A stretch of DNA of 63,630 nucleotides, the filler included. It is 11 parts of 11 records of this genome, joined end to end, with 100 filler letters (N's around TTAATTAATTAA, not from the genome) between each part and the next. Parts side by side here need not be neighbours in the genome. Positions count along the whole stretch, not along the records: positions 23,860 to 27,466 come from SRR7504441_12533; positions 27,567 to 34,902 come from SRR7504441_12545; positions 35,003 to 40,040 come from SRR7504441_12552; 8 more parts are not named here. One strand, given 5' to 3'. The translations under genes were made by a program, and so were the position numbers. The notes below the pieces were generated by a model. That model did no database searches. It saw only the letters and a list, made by a program, of their open reading frames with translations, and was not told the DNA's origin. Below are positions 23,860-35,249 of this stretch, one piece after another (position 1 is the stretch's first letter; every line of letters starts with the position of its first letter).

Positions 23860-26800
23860 CAGCCAGCCAGCGAACGACGGATTGACCACGCACGTGCTAG
23901 TGGCTGTGGCGGCGTGCATCTACACCCTGGCGGCCACACAAGGGGTGTTCCTTCAGAGCAGCACGGCGTTTTCGGAAGGACTTGCTGCAAAGGGTGGCCT
24001 GACAGCTGTTGATGGCATCAACGTCGTTGAGGTACCGGTGACTCAGAAATCAGGGGACACGACAGTAGACAGCGGCCTCGTCACCACCGTCGCCTGCTCT
24101 GTTATTTGCACTGTACTGCTTGTCCTGGTCGTGGCTGGAGCTGTACATCTGCTCTGCAAGGAGGAGAAGGGCGAGGAGGAGAAGGTGGGGCCCAGACAAC
24201 TCCCCCAGGTGCGGCTTGATGACGATCTTGTGTCCTTGGTGGACATGTCCCAGGCCAATTGCAGCTGTGCTGGCAGTAGCTCAGCCAAACAAGTATGTGC
24301 TGGAAGGCCCCTGCGGTGTGTGCCGGCAAGCACTGCGATGATGATGTTTTCCACGCTGCTGATCGTCAATGCAGCTGCCGCATCTCCAAATCTACCTGTT
24401 CAACGCCATATCGGTCGCTGGAGCGCGCCGCCAGCTCTTGTGCCGACAACAGGTCTTTTCGATTCACCTATCATAGGGAACGGTGACGTGGGAATGACGT
24501 TTGGCGGCCCGCCGAACCACACCACGTTTTGGATTGCTTCAAACTCGTTCTGGTCGGCAAATCAGAAAGTGGACGAGCGACCTAATAATAGGGACTGGGG
24601 TGTGCCTCATACACAACTTCGTATTGGCGATGTGCAGCTCATTGTGCCCTCGTTGATAGGTGCCGAATACAGTGCCTCTCAGGACCTGTACCGCGCAACG
24701 ATTAACGCCACATACACCTCAGCAACGTGCCGGCTACGACACAGCAGCATTGTAACCCGCAATCACATGCTCCAAACACAGCTGGAGGTCTCGGGGACAG
24801 CTTGTGGGAATGCGACCGTCCAACTGATGGCTGGTCGTGGGTATCCTCAGTCCTTTGGCCCGACCACTGCTGGCGTGAAGGGCGACAGACTATACATCAC
24901 GCGAGAGTCGGTCAGCACAAGGCACAACACCATTACAGCCGCTCCGTGTTTCAATGGAGGGCAGCAGATCAACTCTCAGCGTTGGAAAAACCAAAGCACG
25001 GTGCTCACCCTCGCCGATGGTCGGTGCATCTTCTCTGTCTCTGTCGATGGTCGACCGAAATTGAGTATTGGGGCCTGTGCAAGTGGTGATGCCTGGGCTC
25101 TTGTGCCTATGGAGCCATCTGGTGGACCTGGATTTGTGCTGAAGCATCAGTCGTCATCAGGTAGATGCGCAACGCTTGATGCCAATAATGAGTTTCTGGT
25201 AGAGGTCGAGTGTGCAACAGCCACTGCACTGTGGCTTTATGACCATAGCTCAGGCCATGTATATGTACAGAATTTGGAGTATGGATGGGGAAAGGGGAGG
25301 TGCCTGACTGCGGTGGAGCCCAATCCGTTGGTGGTTGCAGCGATCGCCCTCCAGATGCTGGACATTCATGGTCTGCCTTTGGAATTGCAGGGGCAGAGTG
25401 ACCATGTGCAGCACAGCTCCTTCAATTTAAATTTGGACGCGCTCGGTGGCACTGCTACCATCATGGCTGCAGTGTTGACTAAAGGCGATTGCACGGGTTG
25501 TGACCCCAACGTGACCAATATGTTGGATTCTGCGTTTGTCTTACTGGACCAGCATCAAGGTAGCGGCTCGACCGCTCTCACAGAGCCACATGCGATGTGG
25601 TGGGAGGAATACTGGCAAGCTGGTGCCAAACTGGACCTCGGATCAGACTGGGAGCAACTGGAAGGTTTCTACTACGGAATGCATTACCAAATTGGCAGTG
25701 CATCCAGACCGAATCGATTCGCACCTGGATTATGGGGGCCATGGCTGACTGCCGAGAGTTCTGAGTGGGCTGGCGACTACACATTAAATTACAACTTCGA
25801 GGCGAACTTCTACGGGGTCTTCTCTGACAATAGACCTGAGTTGGCCGAGCCCTATTTCAGAACTATCCTCAACCACGTCGATCTCGGACGATGGCGTGCC
25901 TCAATGCCAAGGTGGGGCGGAGGCGCGATCTTATCGACGCCCGGTTTCTGGGCACAGGATTTTAATCTAATGAGTGCGGTCTCAACAGATGGCTCAGGCT
26001 TTGTTGGCGCTGGTTATGGTGGCATTGAGCTTCCAGTGCACTTGTCTCCCTGGAAACATTTCTACTTTGCGAGTGACTACGGGCAGAAGAGCATAGGTGC
26101 TTTCTCAACAAAGCCCTTTATGGACTACTACGATTACACAGGAAACAAGACCTTTCTGAAGGAGGTTTTGTACCCTCTGGTTCTCTTGAATTCTGAATTC
26201 TACAGCTCGTATATGATCAAAATTAACAGCAAATACAACGTCATGCACTCATGCGCGATGGAGTGTTGTTCGGCCCAGGGAAATCTCACAGAGAACGACA
26301 TCCGGGTGTCCAATAACCCACCATTTGATCTTGCGTTTGTGAAGCGGACCTTCCGGGAGCTACTTTCCTATTCGGAGATTCTGGATACAAATGCTGATAA
26401 GCGACCGCAATGGCGTCACATCCTTGATAACTTGGCAGATTATCCACTCACCAAAGACGAGGAAGGACACTCTGTGTATGCACAGGCGACTTTGAACACA
26501 GGACCAACCTCCACTGTTACAGACGGATTCCCAAATGCCTCAAAGTGCGTTTGGTTGCAGGGGCGTAAGGATACATCAGAATGTGGCAACGCTCGTTATC
26601 CTATCGCTTACTTTAATGCTATGCATCCAGGCGAGGACATCGACCTTGCCAGCGACTCTACTGCACTGCGAATCGCACGTCGGACCACCGCTGTAGTGAA
26701 TGGGATCAATGACTATTCTCCAACGAACGGCCTATGTATGGCCTGGCCTGCGTCTGCGAGGGTGGTCAGTAAGACAGAAGACCTCCTCCAGCACTTTGAC

Positions 26801-27235
26801 TTGGCTCTGAATCATACTATCATGCCAAATTTCATGCCTTTCATCATGAACCGCCCTACTGGCGGTCCAGGCGCCAGCATGGAGAACTCTGGTGCCACAG
26901 TTGCTGTGAATGATCTCATGGCCTCTGTGCATGGCCATGGGGCGAATGCTTCCCTCATCATCTTCCCAGGGGGTTGGCCTGCAGGGAAGCTGGTTAGCTT
27001 CCGTGACGTGCGTGTGCGTGGCGCCTTCACTGTGTCAGCCACAGCACGCGGTACTGGCCATGGAGTGACCTTGATTGGGCCGGCTGTGATCACATCGTTG
27101 GTTGGAAACCCATTGGCACTATCTTGGCCTGCAACTCCGACTGTGGAAAAGGGAGGTGTGCCTGTAGATGTAACGCAGTACGGTGATACATTCCATTTCC
27201 AGACCACAATGGGGAGCACTTACACGGTACAGTGA
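23860..27235 (+). CDS. GH95-like glycoside hydrolase (alpha-L-fucosidase-like) with a ricin-B-like insertion; true start may be 24338
   Basis: PIIGNGDVG; W..YW; APGLWGPW; WAGDYTLNYNFEANFYG; FRDVRVRGAFTVSA C-terminus; Cys/Trp lectin-like segment (SQRW, GRC, CLTA); single 1117-codon ORF. Confidence 0.75.
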
Positions 27236-27566
27236 GTTATGAGGGGCAATGTTATCACCGAGCGAGCGAAGCGAGTGAGAGTAGCCGCGTTTAAGCAAAA
27301 AATAAAAAAAAATAAAAAAATAAAAAAACCCGCTAGAGCCAACCTTGCACCAAAGTCCGCGAGCATGGAGAACCCTTGTGCCACTGTTGCTGTTGTGCGG
27401 TTGCTCCGGGAAGATCTTGTTCAGCCGGATTACAGCCGGATGCGGATGGAGCCTACATGTAACTGCNNNNNNNNNNNNNNNNNNNNNNNNNNNNNNNNNN
27501 NNNNNNNNNNTTAATTAATTAANNNNNNNNNNNNNNNNNNNNNNNNNNNNNNNNNNNNNNNNNNNN

Positions 27567-29165
27567 GACAAGGTGCGTCCCCGGCTGAGAGGAAGAAACC
27601 GAATGGCTGGGCAGGACGGGGAGCCGGCGCTGCATGAGGCAGCCTACAACGGGCACACCGAGGCGGTGGAGCTGCTGCTGGATGCCAAGGCCGATGTGAA
27701 TGCCAAGAACAAGGTGCGCTGCCCGCCCGGCTGGGAGGGAGCGAGTGGCTGGGGGGCTGAGCGCGAGGGGGCGACTGGGCAGGACGGGTACACGGCGCTG
27801 CATTGGGCAGCTGGCGAAGAGCACACCACTCACCAACAACACACTGCCATGTTGGAGACGCTCCTGGAGGCCAAGGCTGACATAGATGCCAAGAGCATCA
27901 AGGTGAGCCGGGCTGGGAGAAAGTGCCCACCTGAGAGAGGGACGGCTGGCTGGGCAGGATGGATGGACAGCGCTGCATCTGGCAGCTCAAGCAGCAGGGA
28001 CTCGCACAAGACAGACTGCGACGACTGAGCTGCTTCTGACGGCCAGGGCCGACATGCATGCTAAGGACAAGGTGGGCGCGCTACTGCCTGTGGGCGGCCA
28101 CTGAGACTGGGCGGTGAAGGCCGGGGAGACGCCGCTCCAGCTGGCCGAGAAGTGCAAACATGTAACGACCGCCGCTGTACTGAGTGCGGTGAGCTGCCAG
28201 CCGCGGCTGCCTCAACTAGAACTGTGCAGGCTGCCCAGCCACAGGCAAATGGTTCCTCAGCGGACACCCAGCGGGTCAATTCTGCCTCAACCTCACACAA
28301 AAAGCCAGCTGACTCAAAGAAGCGCAAGGCACCAGCCACTGGAGATGCTAAACGAAGCAAGAAACCCAAACCCGGACAGGTAGATACCTACACCACGCCT
28401 AGTGACGGCTGTGGGGGGCAGAACCAGACCTCAAGGGGTCAACAAGGAGCATCGGCAGAGGGTGATCCGCCCAAAGGCCAGATTCCAAAGTTTCCAAAGC
28501 CCCCTTCTGGCACACCACCTCAAGACTTGTTCGATTTGTTGCTGAACATCATCGAGACTCAACCCAGTAGTACACGTAAAGGCAACCTGCTAGAGGAAGT
28601 CGCAGAGTTATATTTCTTGCAAGATCAGACTGTGAAGGAGGTACATCTTGTTGGCGCTAGCCTCAGAGACAAGAAGGATTTTGGCCTTGCTCCCCGGGAC
28701 GCTTTAAAACATGGTGACGGCGGCCAAGATCTTATTGTTGAAAGGAGCAAAGGGAGCACAGGGAAGATATCAGCCCTCTTTGGTGACTTTGTTGAGGTTG
28801 TTGATTGCAAGGCCTATTTTGGTCACACAAAGGTCCACAGCAAAGACATTCGTAGCCTGATTGGTGCAATGCACTGCATCAAGTCCGAGCACAACCCCCG
28901 GTTGGCCACCCTCTTGACAACTGCGAGCAGCCCATTGACTGACTGTGCTCAAGCCCATGTGGCCCAATACAACAATAATGACTCAGACCACAGAATCCGC
29001 GTCATCAATGGTAACGAGTTTAAGAGAGATATGGTGAACGGTCGCCCACCAAACACAAATGGCTACCTTGATGACACAGGCTTCCAAAAGGAGCTGATGA
29101 AGATCCTTGAAAAGATTCGTGAAGCTGCATCTGGCGAGAAGTACACTTATGTCAAGTGGAAGTGA
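27567..29165 (+). CDS. Ankyrin repeats + basic NLS-like linker + Mrr_cat-like PD-(D/E)xK nuclease domain (5' truncated)
   Basis: Ankyrin exons DGEPALHEAA, DGYTALHWAA, DGWTALHLAA, AGETPLQLA. Intron 28189-28229 joins them to the ORF carrying KGNLLEE, GDGGQDLIV, VVDCKAY, KDIRSLIG, LLTTASSPLT..A, IRVING. Confidence 0.7.
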
Positions 29166-29574
29166 GCTGAAATATGACTCGCTGCTCACATCATCATGAA
29201 TTTATGATGGCACTCATGTACTATGCCCCATGGCCACGTGATTTACTAGTGAGTTACAAATATGACAGGTCCATAATATGTACACACGGTGAACTGAAGC
29301 CAATGTTACATGCAACTATACTCCTGCTTAATTTTCAATAAAGATTCGTTGTCAGTGTACAAGTCATACAGTGTACAGTTGTAACAATTATGGCGCGTGT
29401 ACATATGCTTGATGACATTGTATGTAGTTGTATGCACCATGTTCTGAATCATTTCCTCAAACTTCTATTATGATTAGTAGACTCATTAATTTGATTAAAG
29501 ATGATTAGTACACCGTACTGTACTCATAGGCAAGGAGTGAGCAAGACTCGTTAATTAAGATGATTAAAAGATGA

Positions 29575-32500
29575 TTAACACAACAGGTGCGGTAGAGCTG
29601 CCTCGATGCCCGACCAGGCGGTCGCCTCAAGCGCTCGGCGAGCTTCTGGCTCTCCAAAGCCCATTGCCATGCATTGCTCCACCATTTGCTGCTTAAACAT
29701 TATTGCCTTTGTAGCCTGCACAGCTTCCTCTGCTTCACGAGCCTCCTCTTCTTGCGCTTTCTTTGCCCGGCGCTTCTGTGCTTTGCTCATTTTCTGGGCA
29801 GGTGGCTTCTGCCCGCTTAGATCTACACATGCAGTTGTATTAGCGGCGACGTGCTCCTCAGTAGCAGCAGTTGCGAGCAGGTAGTCCAGTGCTGCCTCTG
29901 AGCTTACCCAGCCAGTGACTGTGAGGGCTTTACGAGCAGCGTCCTCTCCAAAGCCCATCTCCATGCATCGCTGGACCATTTGGGTCTTAATAAGCTGATG
30001 CTCTGCGGCCTCTTCCGCTTCACGAGCCTCCTCTTCTTGCGCCTTCTTTGCCCGGCGCTTTTGAGCTTTGCTCATTTTTGGTGGTTGTTGCGCAGCACTT
30101 ACATGCTCCAGCGAGGTACTGGGCTGATTCTCTTCCACATCCTGACGAGTCTCTTGCTGTGAGCTCTGCTCAGAAATCCACTTACGCAACTTTAGTCTGG
30201 GGCCTTTTTTCAGCCCAAGCTCCTGCAAGTCTTTGTCACTCATGTCGACTAATCTGCGGTGATCAATCTGATGCTCCCGAAACACCTCGTGAAGATGCTC
30301 CAATCCGATTGATCCCAGCAAAGCAGACAGGTGTTCATCTCCCTCCTCCGATTGAATTTCGCTCTGTGCATCTGCCCCATGGTCAGAGTCTTGCTCCTCC
30401 GACGGCTCTGCGATCGGTTCGGTCTGCTGTTGCTTCTTCTTCTTTTTCTTCTTGGAGCCTGCAGTCGTTACAGGCGTCTCTTGCTGCGCTGGTAGGCCGA
30501 GGAGCAGAACGCCAGGATTGTCCGGGTCCTCCATGCATGTCACACCAGACACATTGCTCAGCTCCTGAAGCACAGCATGCTTGATACGAGCGTCGCCACC
30601 GGAGTGTCGACCCCAGCCACAGATCAACTCCACAATGCCGCCTGAGCCGCCCCTATGCATACCGACTGTGGACTGAGCACACGCCACAGCTTGGGCAACG
30701 GTGAGTCCGTGCAAGTCGATCTCCTCAAGGATGTTACGTGACTCGTTTCTGGCCTGAAATGCCAGGTCCCCAGCCTGCTCACTCGCCAGCCGTGCCAGCC
30801 TGCTCTCCTCTTGAGCCAGCTCTGTCAGGCCTTGGGCAAGTACAGGATCCGCCTGGCTGTGGCTAGCAGAATGTGCAGTGCTTCGGAGAGCCTGGCTTTC
30901 TTCCCGGTGTTGCTGAGCTTGATTGTGCAGCCGATTGCTCTCCAGAATGGCCCCGAGATTGGGTGCCCGTTGTAACCGATCTGTTGACTGCGCCACCCTG
31001 GACCGAGCCCTGGCAAGATTACTCTCTACAATCTCCGTAATCACGTTGCCCTCGTCAGCTTCAGCAGGAGCCGCATCAAACCTGCTTTGCTGGGCATGAT
31101 AGAGAAACTTGCCATGTGCGTCGACATACTGGTAGATCTCCATCCAAATTCGGCATTTGCTGTTCAAGGTACTGGCTGAGCCAACAATGTGTAGCTCGCA
31201 CTGAGCTCTCGATAGGGCCACATTAACGCGTTGCCACTGAGAGGTGAAGCCTAGTACACTCTCTTTGTTAGCACGTACTGTGCTGAGCATGACAACAGCA
31301 GCCTCGGTGCCTTGTGCAGCATCCACGGTTCCAATGGAGAGCAAAGGATCAAACGGAGCTGTCCTTGCAGGGTCAAGATTCTCAGCTTCGCCTGGCTGCC
31401 GAGCTTCAGGGAACAGCTTGGTCAAAAGGTCTGACTGAGCCTTATACATGGCAATGATGTGTATGGCTCGCGGTGGCCCTGCGCGTTCCCTCTCTTGGGA
31501 ATACAGCTGCCTACACACTTGAGCTTCGCGCAGATTCTGCCAGGACCTGCCCCCAGGACCTGGCTGTTCGAGGCCATCGCCAGCTATTTCAAAGTCGTGC
31601 CAGAACAGACAGCACTGTTGCCTAGCTGCTCCGTTCATTGTCCCAGTCGGGTCCACTCTCTTCCTCAACTCAGCGATTTCCCTGTCTGTCTTTAATGGAA
31701 CACCTTTGGGTGCGTAGAACACTTTGGATATCATCCCACAGATGGCAGGGTGCAGCCTGTACTGGAGGTCCAGTTTCCTAAAGCTCCTGCCTTGGGCGAT
31801 GCACCTCTCCATCAAGGACCGGTTGACGCCTGCCACTTTGAGCTGCTTAGACATGCTCGAAGGAGGCAGCTGGAAATGATCTCCGACAAGAATAATGTTC
31901 ACTGGATTCAGCCGAAGCAAGAGCGGGATCGCTGGCTCACTAGTCGCTCCAGCTTCGTCTATTATGACGGTATGGGCATCTCTGCCGGACAGCTCAGTGT
32001 GGATTCTGCTGGTGCAAGCAATCGTGCACAAGATCACTCGGGCATTGACCACTAGCTGCCTCTGGGCTCTGAGCTTCTCAACGCGTAGCCTGTTTCCAAT
32101 TTCCTTCTCCAGCATCTGAAACTGGTCCCGCAGATGGTACCAAGCAGCCCAGCGGGCCCGTACACTTGCACGCCAGAGCCGATCTGCGATGCGCCGACAA
32201 GCCTGAATACAAACATCTCAGGCAAGGCAATTCACGGGTCACACCTCTCTTTGCTGGCCCTGTCTCCTCCTAGACGAGAAACTTTCGGGCGTGGCCTTCT
32301 CTTGATACGATCTGCGGTATTGGATACCAGACGTGCTCGTGTTGGCCATTACGTTGCCCCACCACACCTGGAGCGACTCGATCTGTTCCTCGTCCAACTG
32401 TGACGGTGCTGCTGCTTGAGGTGTCGAATACACCATATCTTCCTCCTCATCGGTTCCGGCTTGTTCGTCAGCAAATCCCGAACCGAATATGTCATCATAC

Positions 32501-34035
32501 AAGCCCATATCATTGCATGCCTGGACGCTCTCTGACGGCTCCATCCGCGACTGGTATCGGCAAGCCCAATCATATCTCGCATCGCAGCTCTCCCATGTGA
32601 CTATCATGTTCACCAGCAGCGAGTGGCAATGCTGGATTGCATCTAGAAACCTGAGCCAAAAGCACACTTTCGGGTCGCTCTCGACTTGCATCGGGATTGT
32701 GAAAGGCAAAGCCGCAGCAGCCACTCTCTGAACATTCCCCAGCACCACCAACGGAGACTGCTGATGGTACGGCTTGAGCTTTGAAGCGACGTTGCCGATC
32801 GCCTCGTTGCAGACACTCGTGATCACCGTCACCTTATCTGCTGGAACCTTTGAACGGAGGATGTGCAGGATCATAGCTGACTTGCCAGTGCCAGGCGGGC
32901 CTTGGATGATCTCCAGATTAGTCTCCAAGCCCTCAACCGCCTCCCTCTGTGGCTGATTGATCGGCGCGTACCCAAACTCCGGTGATATGTAGGTCTGGAT
33001 CTCGCGGCCAGCAAAGTCGCCTCGCTCCACGTGCGACGGATCGACCAGGGTCTGCAGAACAGCCGGGGCAGGAGCTTGGCTAGTTAGGAGCCGTTCGATG
33101 GTCTGGTGCTGGTGGACCAAGTTGCCCACGTAACCGATCAGTTCAACTCTCGGGTTAGTCTTGCCCGTCACCATCTCCGGGACAACCAAGAGCTCTGTGG
33201 AGATTTCACGAGGCGCCTCGCCATCGAGCCAGCGGGTGTATTTCACTTGGCTGGCTATCCCGCCCTCCTTGAGGGCCTTCACGGTATCCTGGACGTACCG
33301 GCTAGACACCTCCACGAAGAACAGCTTCATCAGCGGCCGCCGGCGATTCCCTCGGCGTCTGGCTCTCCCCCCGCCCTTCCCCTTGCCCTTCCCCTTGCCC
33401 TCGGCCCGCCTATCCTCGCGCTCTGTGATATTGAACGGAGTCTCGCCTGTTGCCTGCGATATGAAGGCCAGGAGTGCATCCTTGCTCCTGTGGCTCGCGT
33501 GCACCCCGACCAGCATGAGAACTTGGCTCCGCCGCTCGCAGCTGCTCACCACCATGTGGTACCGCCCGTCCACCTTCAGCAAGGTCTCATTCCAGCCGGC
33601 CCGGGCGTGCCCGCCCCGGTGGAAGTCCTCGTTCCCCCAGTGGTCCAGCGCCAATCCTGTCGGGCTCTCCCGGGTGGCCTGGAGCTCGATCGCCGGCTGG
33701 CTGGTGGACTCGGAGAGCATGTGCCAGAAGTCTGCGAGATTGTTCTGGCGCATCACGGACAAGTAGTGCTCGGCCGACTCGAACGCGAGCGGGACCGTAG
33801 CGTACTCGGTTGGCTGCGGGTTGACGAATATGTCATACAGGCCGGGCTCGTTCGAGACTTGCTGGCGGGCCATCCGGTCGGAGTCTTCCCGGCACGAGGT
33901 GCGGCAGACCGGGCACCAGGTCTTTTGGCGGAGCCATTCCTCGATGCACTTGGTATGAAACGTGTGCGCGCAGGGCAGGCTCACCGCCTCATCGATGATG
34001 GGCTCCAGGCAGATCACACAGGCGCCCTCCGCCAT
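29575..34035 (-). CDS. RING-H2 + SF1B (UPF1/DNA2-NAM7-like) helicase + Smr + SAM + two UBA domains (about 1470 aa)
   Basis: CVICLE...LPCAHTFH..CI..W....WCPVCR; QGPPGTGKS, IIDEAG, GDHFQLPP, QYRLHP, TVDAAQG, RVNVALSRA; IDLHGL..ICGWGRHS..NPG; LLGSIGLEH..F..H.ID..L.ELGL..GPR; two MGF..AL motifs. GT-AG intron 32203-32244 joins the two ORFs in frame. Confidence 0.88.
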
Positions 34036-34140
34036 GTTCTCCACCCGGGCCGAGGTCTCACGCGACCAAAGTTACGTTTTACGAGCTATTCTACAGCTCG
34101 CCAGCTCTGTAAATCATGTACCCCGGCCGTTGTAGGGTAT

Positions 34141-34162
34141 TTAACCTAGCTAGCTAGGTTAA
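34141..34162. repeat. Perfect 22-bp palindrome TTAACCTAGCTAGCTAGGTTAA
   Basis: Self-reverse-complementary; about 105 bp upstream of the helicase ATG. Confidence 0.9.
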
Positions 34163-34186
34163 GTAAACGATTTGAAACTACCAATA

Positions 34187-34902
34187 CTAAATCACTCGGC
34201 GGCTCGCAGGATCAGCGCGCCGCGAGACTTGCCCGACCCGCCGTCCTGCAGCAGCACCGCCGGCCACAACCGGTCCAGGCTCGCCCACAGCGGCTCGGTG
34301 TGCGGCCACGTGTCCATGATCAGGAACGAGTCGCTCGCCTGTAAATAACCCGACTAAGCACTGATCGAGAAACGGATAAATCACCTCGTCGTAGGCAGCT
34401 ACCGGTGAGAAATGCCCCCCAAATGGCTCCTGCGTCCCCCTATCGTCAGCAATTAATCTGTAAACAAGTATTAACCTGGCCTAGCGTGCTCATATGGTAG
34501 TTCAGCAGCACCTGCCCCGCCCATATTAACACACCAAAACTCGAATCTCGCAGCCACCCGCGACCGAGGCTCCCCCAGCGCTGACACCACAGCCTCCCGG
34601 AAAGCTGCCTGAGCCCCGCCCTCGCCCCCGCCGCTGCTGAACGCCCGCACCGGCCCGGCGAGCTCCTCGGCCAGCAGCACTGTGCACCCGCCCAGCCCAG
34701 TCACCTACAAAACATCAGCAGCTACAGTAACCAGCAAAGAGACTACCGTTCCGCAAAGCTCTGCCAGCTGCCCTAGCGTCATCCCCACCGCATCCACTGC
34801 CACGCCCCATCAACCCGCTCGCCACCCGGCCCCGCACCCTCCCCGGTCAGCGCCGCCAGCGCTGGAGCTGACATCCGGCTGGCAGCCAGCACGTCCTCCT
34901 CA
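34187..34902 (-). CDS. Hypothetical protein, 3' portion (5' truncated)
   Basis: Coding-like minus-strand segments separated by GT-AG-like stretches; no family recognised. Confidence 0.35.
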
Positions 34903-35249
34903 NNNNNNNNNNNNNNNNNNNNNNNNNNNNNNNNNNNNNNNNNNNNTTAATTAATTAANNNNNNNNNNNNNNNNNNNNNNNNNNNNNNNNNNNNNNNNNN
35001 NNTACTGACATCTTTGCGTGGAAACTTGGTTTCGGTTCGGGACCCCGAGCGTCCTGTGATCCAGCCCGTATAACCACCGCTCAGGGTCACATCGAGGCGT
35101 AATCGAGTCGCCCTTGATTTTCAGGTCGCACGCAGGTCGGCGCCGTGTATCATTATCATACTGCCGAGGTGCGCATTACTGTGGACCGAATTTAATCGGG
35201 CCCGGGGTTCTTAGAGATAAATTAATTAAGCGCCCACCCAGATCTATCA

